Shown: positions 20,376 through 28,144 of the stretch, piece after piece
How positions within the stretch are numbered: position 1 is the stretch's first letter
Layout of the letters: each line of letters opens with the position of its first letter
Virus record (IMG/VR): IMGVR_UViG_3300028676_000003
Coordinates: 124,001 to 188,000 of that record
Strand: one strand, 5' to 3'
DNA: 64,000 nt
Notes under the pieces: generated by a model
The model's database searches: none
Told to the model about the DNA's origin: nothing
Seen by the model: the letters and a program-made list of their open reading frames with translations, nothing else
Program-made: the position numbers and the translations under genes

Positions 20376-20525
20376 TTATTCTCCATATAAATCCTTCTTT
20401 TGAACACATTTTTCTTTGATAAGTTTCTCAACAAAAGCAAACATTTTAAGTCCATTTTCCTCACAGTACTTTTTAAGTATCTCATGTGTATTAGGTGTGA
20501 TTTTAAGGTTTTTATCTCGTTTCAT
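20376..20525 (-). CDS. Unannotated 49-aa ribbon-helix-helix (CopG/Arc-like) DNA-binding protein
   Basis: My translation: MKRDKNLKITPNTHEILKKYCEENGLKMFAFVEKLIKEKCVQKKDLYGE. Pattern is strand (KNLKI), helix, Gly turn, helix. It is below the ORF-track length cutoff. Confidence 0.7.
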   Translation of the reverse strand: MKRDKNLKITPNTHEILKKYCEENGLKMFAFVEKLIKEKCVQKKDLYGE

Positions 20526-20541
20526 AAGGTCTTTTACAATA

Positions 20542-20572
20542 AGTATGACGAAAGTATGAAAAAAAACATACT
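20542..20572. repeat. Candidate RHH operator: AGTATG direct repeats plus an inverted copy
   Basis: AGTATG at 20542 and 20553 (11-bp period) and CATACT at 20567, just upstream of the RHH start. Confidence 0.45.
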
Positions 20573-20620
20573 AAAAGTTAGATATCGAAGAAACTTATCT
20601 TTCTTTTGATAAAACGTGAA

Positions 20621-20628
20621 TATTTATA
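20621..20628 (+). promoter_or_regulatory. Putative late promoter for the tail sheath
   Basis: TATTTATA, a motif shared by most structural transcription units. Confidence 0.6.
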
Positions 20629-20677
20629 ATAAAGAAAACTACAAAGTAAATAATAACATAAAACAAAAAAAGAAAAT

Positions 20678-23512
20678 ATGTCAACAAAAGTATTTGTAAG
20701 TCCTGGGGTTTATACATCAGAAAAAGACTTAACTTTTATTACACGTCAAGTAGGGGTAACTCAACTTGGTTTGGTGGGTGAGACTACAATCGGTCCAGCT
20801 TTCCAACCAATCTTCATTAGCAACTACGGTGAATTCCAATCATTCTTTGGTGGCCTAAACGCTACTAAGGTTAAAGATACTGGTGCGCCTCAATATGAAT
20901 TACCTTATATTGCCAAATCATATTTAACTCAAGCAAATCAATTATTCGTAACAAGAGTATTAGGTTTCTCAGGTTACTATGCTGGTAAAGCATGGGGTAT
21001 TACTCTTGATGCCGCTGTAGATACTACAACCGTTGCACCTACAGGTGGAAGTAACGTAGCAAACATCATAACATACTCAACAACATCTGCTGGAACAAGT
21101 ACATTTACATCGGCTAGTCCTATTGTAACTGCGCTTTTAGCTGATAACTTGATACAAGACCAATTACAATACATTTCTTTATTGAATGTAGGTCAAACAG
21201 GTAGTGTTACAACAACATTTATTAAAACTGGAAACTCATTTACTGGTGCTTCATTCAACTATATCATTACCGCTACTGGTAGTACTGGTAGTACTTTAAC
21301 AGGTGTTGCTTCAGGTGTAACTGTAACTTATTCAGGTACAGGTTATACAGATGTTGAAAACCAATTGGTTGCGTTATTACGTTCAAGAGGTACAACAGAC
21401 TTAGCTACACAATTTCCAGCATTTGAGGTAACTGGTGCTACTGGTGTTATCTTCGACCCAGCATTTACTGATTCTGAAATGAATCCATTAGGAGATTTCT
21501 CTTTAAGTGGTTTCTCTCAAACTCAAGGTGCTTTTGATAACTTGGTATCTTTAGATAGAACTAAAAAGAATTACTTACCAAGAGTTCTTGGTAGAAGCGT
21601 TCAAAATGGTAATACACCATTATACCTTGAAGAATTCTACAACAGTATGTTCGAAGAACTTGTTGCTGAAGGAAAAGTAAGAGGACTTAAACAAACAATC
21701 GTTAGTTATAATAATGAATTCTCTGATTACCAACAACAATACTCGCCAGCGGTTACACCTTATGTTGTATCTGAGTTACGTGGTACAAAGGTGTTGAAAT
21801 TATTCAGATTCCATACAATTTCTGATGGTAATGCGGCTAATGAGCAATTCAAAATCTCATTCGTTAACATTAAACCTGATACAAGAGAGTTTGACGTAAT
21901 CATTAGAAGCTACTACGATAGTGATGCTTCACCAACAGTATTAGAAAGCTTTAGCCGTTGTACAATGGACCCAAATTCTAATAACTATATTGGTAGAAGA
22001 ATTGGTACACTTGATGGTTTATATCCTTCTAAATCAACTTACGTTCTTATAGAAATGGATGATACATCTGATACAAGTGATGCATTCCCAGCTGGTTTCA
22101 TTGGATTCCCAATTAGAGACTACCAAGAGAATAGCAACACAAGTGTTGTAGCTCCAAAATTAACATACAAAACTGCTTATGGTGCTTTTGAAAACAAACG
22201 TAAATTCTATTTAGGTTTATCTGAGACAATTGGTATTGATGCTGATTTCTTCGATTACAAAGGTGTACCACAAACAAATAATCCAAACGTTTGGACTGGA
22301 ATGACTAACGGTTTCCACATGGATATCGATGCTACTGGTGCAACAATTGACAACGTTAACGTTGTTATAAATACTTCAGGTGGAACTTACTCTCCTATAT
22401 TCTTATTCGACACAGGTGATGCTGAGTTTAGAACTGAATCAGGACTTGCTGGTGGACCATATGAAAAAATCTACGCTCGTAAATTTACATTCGCACCTTA
22501 TGGTGGATTTGATGGATGGGATGTTTACAGAACTAGAAGAAGTAATCTTGATAGCTACATAATCAATGGTACCAACGGTGCTAACGGTTTAACTTCAGGT
22601 GCATTTAGTAACAAAGCTTTATCTAATGGAGACATGGGTATTACATCTGATTACTATGCGTTTTTAGAGGCTATTTGGACATTCAGAAACCCTGAAGCGA
22701 TTAACATTAACGTGTTTGCTACACCTGGGATTGATAATTTCGATAATACTAACTTAATTGAAGATACTATCGAGATGATTGAAGAAGAAAGAGCGGATTC
22801 ACTTTACATCATGACAACACCTGATTTAAACACTGGTGGAGATGTGATGAGTGTTGAAGATGTTACTGACTATTTAGATGGTATGTACGATAGTAACTAT
22901 TCTTGTACATATTGGCCTTGGGTACAAATCAACGATACTGAAAATAACGTGTTTATCTACGTTCCACCAACAAGAGATGTTGTAAGAAATATTGCCTTAA
23001 CTGATAATGTTTCATTCCCTTGGTTTGCGGTTGCGGGTATTCAACGTGGTGATGTTGATGCGGTTCAAGCTAGAAAGAAATTAACACTTTCTGAAAGAGA
23101 TGAATTGTATGAAAACAGAATTAATCCGATTGCTACATTTACATCTGATGGTATCAAAATTTGGGGTAATAAAACACTTCAAGTTAGAGAATCTGCTCTT
23201 AATAGAATCAACGTAAGAAGACTTTTATTACAAGCAAGAAAACTTATCTCTGCTGTATCTATTAGATTGTTATTTGAACAAAATGATAACGTGGTTAGAA
23301 ACCAATTCTTATCTATAGTTACTCCTATCTTGGATAACATTAGAAGCGAAAGAGGTTTAACAGATTTCCGTGTGGTTCTTTCAAACGACCCTGAAGATAT
23401 CGACAGAAACCAATTAACTGGTCAAATATTCTTGAAACCAACAAGAGCCCTAGAATTTATTCAATTAGAGTTCGTAATCATGAATACAGGTGCTTCATTT
23501 GATAATGTATAA
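20678..23512 (+). CDS. Tail sheath protein (T4 gp18-like)
   Basis: N-terminal VSPGVYTSEKD. C-terminal YWPW, VPPT, PWFAVAG.QRG, LYENRINPI, IWGNKTL, RINVRRL, KPTRALEFI. Confidence 0.95.
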   Translation: MSTKVFVSPGVYTSEKDLTFITRQVGVTQLGLVGETTIGPAFQPIFISNYGEFQSFFGGLNATKVKDTGAPQYELPYIAKSYLTQANQLFVTRVLGFSGYYAGKAWGITLDAAVDTTTVAPTGGSNVANIITYSTTSAGTSTFTSASPIVTALLADNLIQDQLQYISLLNVGQTGSVTTTFIKTGNSFTGASFNYIITATGSTGSTLTGVASGVTVTYSGTGYTDVENQLVALLRSRGTTDLATQFPAFEVTGATGVIFDPAFTDSEMNPLGDFSLSGFSQTQGAFDNLVSLDRTKKNYLPRVLGRSVQNGNTPLYLEEFYNSMFEELVAEGKVRGLKQTIVSYNNEFSDYQQQYSPAVTPYVVSELRGTKVLKLFRFHTISDGNAANEQFKISFVNIKPDTREFDVIIRSYYDSDASPTVLESFSRCTMDPNSNNYIGRRIGTLDGLYPSKSTYVLIEMDDTSDTSDAFPAGFIGFPIRDYQENSNTSVVAPKLTYKTAYGAFENKRKFYLGLSETIGIDADFFDYKGVPQTNNPNVWTGMTNGFHMDIDATGATIDNVNVVINTSGGTYSPIFLFDTGDAEFRTESGLAGGPYEKIYARKFTFAPYGGFDGWDVYRTRRSNLDSYIINGTNGANGLTSGAFSNKALSNGDMGITSDYYAFLEAIWTFRNPEAININVFATPGIDNFDNTNLIEDTIEMIEEERADSLYIMTTPDLNTGGDVMSVEDVTDYLDGMYDSNYSCTYWPWVQINDTENNVFIYVPPTRDVVRNIALTDNVSFPWFAVAGIQRGDVDAVQARKKLTLSERDELYENRINPIATFTSDGIKIWGNKTLQVRESALNRINVRRLLLQARKLISAVSIRLLFEQNDNVVRNQFLSIVTPILDNIRSERGLTDFRVVLSNDPEDIDRNQLTGQIFLKPTRALEFIQLEFVIMNTGASFDNV

Positions 23513-23524
23513 TAAATAAAAATC

Positions 23525-23549
23525 AAGAAACCCCTTAATGGGGTTTTTT
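23525..23549 (+). terminator. Intrinsic terminator after the sheath gene
   Basis: AAACCCC-TTAAT-GGGGTTT followed by a T run. Confidence 0.8.
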
Positions 23550-23579
23550 GTTTTATCACATATTTATAATTAAAACACA

Positions 23580-23981
23580 ATGTCAAAGTTAAAGATAACA
23601 CAAAAACAATATGATGCAATTATTCTTCACGAGCAAAATTCTCGTAAGGAGTTGCTTAGTGAGAATATCAAAGATTTAACATTAACAATTGCTTTGTTGA
23701 CTGGAATTAAATTAACTGGTCAAAATGAGCATACTGTTAATAATTTAATCAAAGATAAAAAAAATATGCAAGAGATGAAATCTACTCTTGAAGATGAGAA
23801 TAAGATGCAAGATTTGGTTGATGCTCTGACTGAAAAAGGTATGAAAGACCCCGAAGGTAGACTATCTAGAAATGCTGACAAGATTGTAGCTAAATTCAAC
23901 GAGATTGCAGAAAAAGAGAAATTAAACTTAAAATTAGACTTTTTAACTTCTAATAATTTAAAAAATTTAACTGATAAGTAA
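23580..23981 (+). CDS. Hypothetical protein with KLKITxxQY N-terminal motif
   Basis: TATTTATA 11 nt upstream. N-terminus shared with 26666-28144. Confidence 0.65.
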   Translation: MSKLKITQKQYDAIILHEQNSRKELLSENIKDLTLTIALLTGIKLTGQNEHTVNNLIKDKKNMQEMKSTLEDENKMQDLVDALTEKGMKDPEGRLSRNADKIVAKFNEIAEKEKLNLKLDFLTSNNLKNLTDK

Positions 23982-24042
23982 AAGAAAATAAATTTTATGA
24001 TATTTATTATAAAATAAAACAATTTAAAAAATACAAACGAAC

Positions 24043-24531
24043 ATGGCTGATTTATTGATGAAAATGCCCCTACCATACGAACCTAAGAAAAAGAATCGTT
24101 GGTTAATTACTTTCCCAGCAGACCTAGGAATCCAACAATGGTGGTTAGCTTCTGCTTCAAGACCTTCAATCACACAAAATGAGGTTGAAATTCCGTTCCT
24201 TAATACTTCTACATGGGTAATCGGTAGATTTACTTGGGAAGCTATTGATGTTACTTTCCGTGACCCAATAGGGCCATCTGCAACACAAGCTATCATGGAG
24301 TGGGTTCGTCTTCACTCTGAATCTATCACAGGTCGTCAAGGTTATGCGGCAGGTTATAAAAGACCAGTTGAACTTGAGATGCTTGACCCAACAGGTGTAG
24401 TTATTGAAAAATGGCTTCTTGATGGAACGATGCTTACAAACGTTGGATTTGGTGACTTATCTATGGATGATGATGGTATCGCTGAGATTACAGCAACTCT
24501 TAGATTTGATAGAGCAATCTTATTATTCTAA
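24043..24531 (+). CDS. Tail tube protein (T4 gp19-like)
   Basis: YEPKKKNRW, ASRPSIT, GRFTWEAIDVTFRD, LEMLDPTG.VIEKWLL, TLRFDRA. 162 aa, follows the sheath. Confidence 0.9.
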   Translation: MADLLMKMPLPYEPKKKNRWLITFPADLGIQQWWLASASRPSITQNEVEIPFLNTSTWVIGRFTWEAIDVTFRDPIGPSATQAIMEWVRLHSESITGRQGYAAGYKRPVELEMLDPTGVVIEKWLLDGTMLTNVGFGDLSMDDDGIAEITATLRFDRAILLF

Positions 24532-24547
24532 TTTAAAACAAAACTTA

Positions 24548-24967
24548 TTAAAATGCCTCGTCTGAGGCATTTTTTTTGTTTATATGTGTCATTATTTGTT
24601 TTTCAATATCACGATAATCGGCCGCTTGCTGATACTCTTGCAGACTTACATGATAAATCTTAAGTTCATAGACTTGCTTATGAATTTGTAAAAGAAATTT
24701 ATATAAATCATCATGTGTTTCATACATCTTGTTTAAATCATCAATTAGTGTCTCTGTTCTGAATGGAAAAACACTAAATTCTTCAAACTTGCTTTTTTCT
24801 TTGATTATTTTGCCAATAGCCTCATTTACCTTTTTTTTACTAATTGCAAAAATACTAGAAACACTTTGAATGAAACCTTTATCAATAACTGCGATATAAC
24901 CTTCACCAACGCTTATTTTTATTTTTTCTAACTCATTAGAAATGTAGTCTTTAATAATTTCATCCAT
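24548..24967 (-). CDS. Hypothetical protein with C-terminal UVR (UvrB/UvrC)-like motif
   Basis: LQEYQQAADYRDIEKQI resembles the UVR consensus (E-x-Y-E-x-A-A-x-x-R-D). Has its own host-type promoter. Confidence 0.6.
   Translation of the reverse strand: MDEIIKDYISNELEKIKISVGEGYIAVIDKGFIQSVSSIFAISKKKVNEAIGKIIKEKSKFEEFSVFPFRTETLIDDLNKMYETHDDLYKFLLQIHKQVYELKIYHVSLQEYQQAADYRDIEKQIMTHINKKNASDEAF
24550..24577. terminator. Bidirectional terminator after the tube gene (overlaps the 3' end of the antisense ORF)
   Basis: AAAATGCCTC-GTCT-GAGGCATTTT followed by T run. Confidence 0.8.
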
Positions 24968-24970
24968 AAG

Positions 24971-25001
24971 TAAAGATACTAAATATCTAAAAAAATGTCA
25001 A
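24971..25001 (-). promoter_or_regulatory. Host-type promoter for the UVR-motif gene (probably leaderless)
   Basis: Minus strand TTG(ACA)-N20-TATCTTTA, with ATG 3 nt downstream. Confidence 0.6.
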
Positions 25002-25068
25002 GCTATTTACAAAAAAATTTAAATTTCTATATTTATTTTTATACATAATAATTTAAACACGTTTCATA

Positions 25069-26334
25069 ATGGATAGAAAACCAAATGTTGTTCCAACAAA
25101 AGAACAAATAAATTCAGTTAAATCTGAAAAAGAAAAAAAAGAACTTTACGAACAAGAAAAAGCTCTAGCAACAAATGAAATCTACTCGGCTTCATTTAGA
25201 GAAGCTGAAATGCCGACAGGTCAATTATCTGCCATTGAGCAAATGCAACAACGTACAGCACATCAATTAAATCTTAACGCACAAGGAATGCAAGTTAAAG
25301 ATGAAACTTTAGCTGAAGCACCTACTTATAGTGATGTCGCAAGATTTCGTAACGAAGAACAAATGAGACTTCGTGATGTGCAATTACAACAAAATCTAGA
25401 TAATATACAAAAGTTTCAAGACCAAACCGCTGAGGCTACAGTAAGACACCAATCTTACCAAAATCAACAACAAAAACCAATCATGGAAATCGACAACGGA
25501 TATCAAAAACCACCAACTCCACCTGTAACACCAAAAAACGGTAGCATTTGGGACGACTATTCTAACCAAAGTAGTGATGAACACATCAACGAAATTAGTC
25601 AACCAAACTATAACGCTCCTTTTGATGTAATTTCATTACCATCGTTAGGAAAAACTTATAAAAATAAGAAATCTAACATCAAGTTAAGTTATATGACAAC
25701 TGCTGATGAGAACATTCTTTCAAGTCCTAACTTATTACAAAGTGGTGAGTTTCTTGAGATTCTTATCAATAGAAAAATGCTTGAACCAAGCCTTAGATAT
25801 AAGGATTTATTGCCTGGGGACAGGAACGCTATTATGATTTGGTTAAGAGCTACTGGTTACGGTGAAATGTACCCTGTTGTTATCGAAGATGAGAAAGGAA
25901 TTCCATTTGAAACTGTTGTTAATTTAGATGACTTAAAAACGGTAGAATTAACGGTTGAGCCTGATGAAAATGGACTTTTCACGTTTGATTTACCATTAGC
26001 TAGACAAACCATCAAGTTCAGATTATTAACTTGTGGTGAAATTGATTTCTTGGACAAGAAAATGGAAGAAGAAAAAGAGAATAACGTTTTAATTAACAAT
26101 TATAATACTTACAAATTAGAGAGAATGATTGTTGAAGTTGATGGGTCTAAGGATAGAACTTTTATTTCTAGCGTTGCTAACAATATGAGACTACCTGATT
26201 CAAAAAAACTAACGGAATTTATGAACACAATTGATTGTGGGATTGACTTGGATATTGTTGTTAAGACTCCTGGGGGTGGGTCTGTAGCCACCTTTCTTCC
26301 ACTTAACCTCAACTTTTTTTGGCCTAACCTCTAA
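25069..26334 (+). CDS. Baseplate-hub/tail assembly chaperone (T4 gp26-like) with Gln/Glu-rich N-terminal extension
   Basis: FDVISLPSLGK, YMTTADENIL, DLLPGDRNAIMIWLRATGYG, ends FFWPNL. Lies between tube and tape measure. Confidence 0.65.
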   Translation: MDRKPNVVPTKEQINSVKSEKEKKELYEQEKALATNEIYSASFREAEMPTGQLSAIEQMQQRTAHQLNLNAQGMQVKDETLAEAPTYSDVARFRNEEQMRLRDVQLQQNLDNIQKFQDQTAEATVRHQSYQNQQQKPIMEIDNGYQKPPTPPVTPKNGSIWDDYSNQSSDEHINEISQPNYNAPFDVISLPSLGKTYKNKKSNIKLSYMTTADENILSSPNLLQSGEFLEILINRKMLEPSLRYKDLLPGDRNAIMIWLRATGYGEMYPVVIEDEKGIPFETVVNLDDLKTVELTVEPDENGLFTFDLPLARQTIKFRLLTCGEIDFLDKKMEEEKENNVLINNYNTYKLERMIVEVDGSKDRTFISSVANNMRLPDSKKLTEFMNTIDCGIDLDIVVKTPGGGSVATFLPLNLNFFWPNL

Positions 26335-26599
26335 TTATAAAGTTCCGTTACTAGAAGAAATTTATATTTGCACACAATATTTAAAAGGTTTTACGTATAA
26401 TGATGTTTTAAGTATGCCTGTTTATGAAAGAAGATTCTTTTTAGGGTTATTGAATAAAGAAAACTTTGAAAAACAGGAAAAAATTGAAGAAATGAAGGAG
26501 CAAAGTAAAACTACTGGCTCAAAAGGTACTAGAACAACCAAAATCAGCGGACAGAATCTTAAAAATAGGATGAACAACGGTGATTTACCATTATCATAA
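26314..26599 (+). CDS. Frameshift extension of the chaperone (gp51/tail-chaperone GT-like); ORF track lists only 26414-26599
   Basis: The +1 frame is open from 26288 with no ATG until 26414. It reads FFGLTSNYKVPLLEEIYICTQYLKGFTYNDVLSMPVYERRFF from the T7 run at 26314-26320. Confidence 0.6.
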
Positions 26600-26601
26600 C
26601 T

Positions 26602-26632
26602 AAAAATGCCCGCAGAAATGTGGGTATTTTTT
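26602..26632 (+). terminator. Intrinsic terminator after the chaperone pair
   Basis: AAAAATGCCCGC-AGAAAT-GTGGGTATTTTT, with G-U pairs. Confidence 0.7.
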
Positions 26633-26665
26633 ATTTAATATGATATTTATAAACAAAGATTAATC

Positions 26666-28144
26666 ATGAATAATAAAAAACTTAAGATAACTGAAGCACA
26701 ATACAATAGACTACTACAGTTTATTGTTGAAACTCCTTTTGACACAATGGTTAAACAAAGTATCGATATAGGTGATGTTGTTTCTATTAATTGGAAAGGT
26801 AGTAAGAATAATTTCAAGGTAATTGATAATTCAGGTGGGCAAATCATTATGGATAACATCGATAAAGGTTCAACCAACATCAACAATAGATACTTCATGA
26901 GCTTTACATCGTTGAATGGTGATGACCTAGAGATGAGAAAGGTAAACAAGGTTAAAGAACCTGAAAAACTTAACGATATCAAGTCATGGTCACCAGTAAC
27001 TGTTAAAGATATTTCAAACATACAAATCTTCAGAGACGGTGAATTAATTGATACGGTTGACCCAGTTTCTCCTACTGCTGAAAAACAACAAAAAAATGGT
27101 CCAAAACCTGATACAAACACAGATAATAACCCAAGTCCTGACTTCATGAATGAGGTTAATAACGACTTGGCTATTATTCTTGAACAATTGGAAAAAGGAA
27201 AAGGAATCAATTTTATATTTAATTCAGGGTTTATTAATTTCTGTTGCTTAGATAGAGTTGATTCTACATTTATCTTAGAAATTAATGAAGAACAAAATAC
27301 AATCATCGATAGTCTTAATAAATGGGACACCTTCATTTTGGATATCAAGGGTAATCCTCAAACAGATAACCTATATCTTAAAAACAAAGACATTGTTTCA
27401 ACTAATGATGGAGTAACTTATAACCTTAAATTCAAGGTTTCAGCTGGAAATACACACAAAGAGACTGTTATAAAAGCAATCAAAGGTGTTAGTGTTTTGA
27501 GCTCTTGTGATACAACTGAAGAAGATGAAGATGAGAAACCTGAAGTAAATGGCCCTGAAGAACAGAAAGCGGATGCTGAAAAGGCACTACAAATGATTCT
27601 TAAGGATAAAGATTTACAAGATGCGTTTTATAAACAACCTGGATTTTGGGAGATGTTTAAAGCTGAACTTTCAGGTGAAAAAGCTGTTGGTACTGGTATA
27701 ATTACCGTATTAGACGTTATGCGTAAAGTAACTGAATCTAGACTTGTTAAAAAGGTAGGTAAAGGGTTTAATGTTGGTAAAAAAGCCAAGTTTATTCCTA
27801 TTGAAAACGTTAACGTTAAGTATCGTGATGATAAAGATATAATCCATAATTATGACCTTCCAATGGTTGAAGATATGATTACGGTTAGAAGACACCTTAT
27901 CGATGATGTTAGTCAAGTTTTACAAAAAAGAGTTGAGGGTGGAAATGGACTAATTCTAAGAATCCTAGTTAAAGACCAAACAGACGAACCAAATATCAAG
28001 AATTGTGATGTTCAGATTGGTATTAAAAATAAAAGCGATAAATTCGTTGAGAAGGGACAAACATCAGATGTTAACATAAAATTCTTAAATTCAGAAGGTT
28101 ATGAAGCACAAGTTCAACAACCACAAACACAAAATACTAACTAA
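26666..28144 (+). CDS. Hypothetical protein (492 aa) with KLKITxxQY N-terminal motif
   Basis: TATTTATA 14 nt upstream. SH3/KOW-like IDIGDVVSINWKG segment. Stop overlaps the tape-measure start. Confidence 0.65.
   Translation: MNNKKLKITEAQYNRLLQFIVETPFDTMVKQSIDIGDVVSINWKGSKNNFKVIDNSGGQIIMDNIDKGSTNINNRYFMSFTSLNGDDLEMRKVNKVKEPEKLNDIKSWSPVTVKDISNIQIFRDGELIDTVDPVSPTAEKQQKNGPKPDTNTDNNPSPDFMNEVNNDLAIILEQLEKGKGINFIFNSGFINFCCLDRVDSTFILEINEEQNTIIDSLNKWDTFILDIKGNPQTDNLYLKNKDIVSTNDGVTYNLKFKVSAGNTHKETVIKAIKGVSVLSSCDTTEEDEDEKPEVNGPEEQKADAEKALQMILKDKDLQDAFYKQPGFWEMFKAELSGEKAVGTGIITVLDVMRKVTESRLVKKVGKGFNVGKKAKFIPIENVNVKYRDDKDIIHNYDLPMVEDMITVRRHLIDDVSQVLQKRVEGGNGLILRILVKDQTDEPNIKNCDVQIGIKNKSDKFVEKGQTSDVNIKFLNSEGYEAQVQQPQTQNTN

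Noticed and set aside
8124-20525. GNAT plus RHH as a type II toxin-antitoxin pair (AtaRT/TacAT-like)
   Set aside because: The genes are about 12 kb apart and not in one operon.
20400-20609. Plus-strand 69-aa ORF in the track
   Set aside because: It is the antisense shadow of the RHH gene, runs across the repeat/promoter region, and has no convincing start.
26275-26292. GGTGG-N8-CCACC hairpin / G-rich run as a frameshift stimulator
   Set aside because: It has only a 5-bp stem, lies more than 20 nt upstream of the slip site, and is explained by the PGGGSVAT coding sequence.
26647-27348. Long minus-strand ORF and the many other nested or antisense ORFs in the track (e.g. 7051-7296, 23720-24076, 52908-53405, 62622-63119)
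   Set aside because: They lie within or opposite well-supported genes and have shadow-frame composition with no motifs or promoters.
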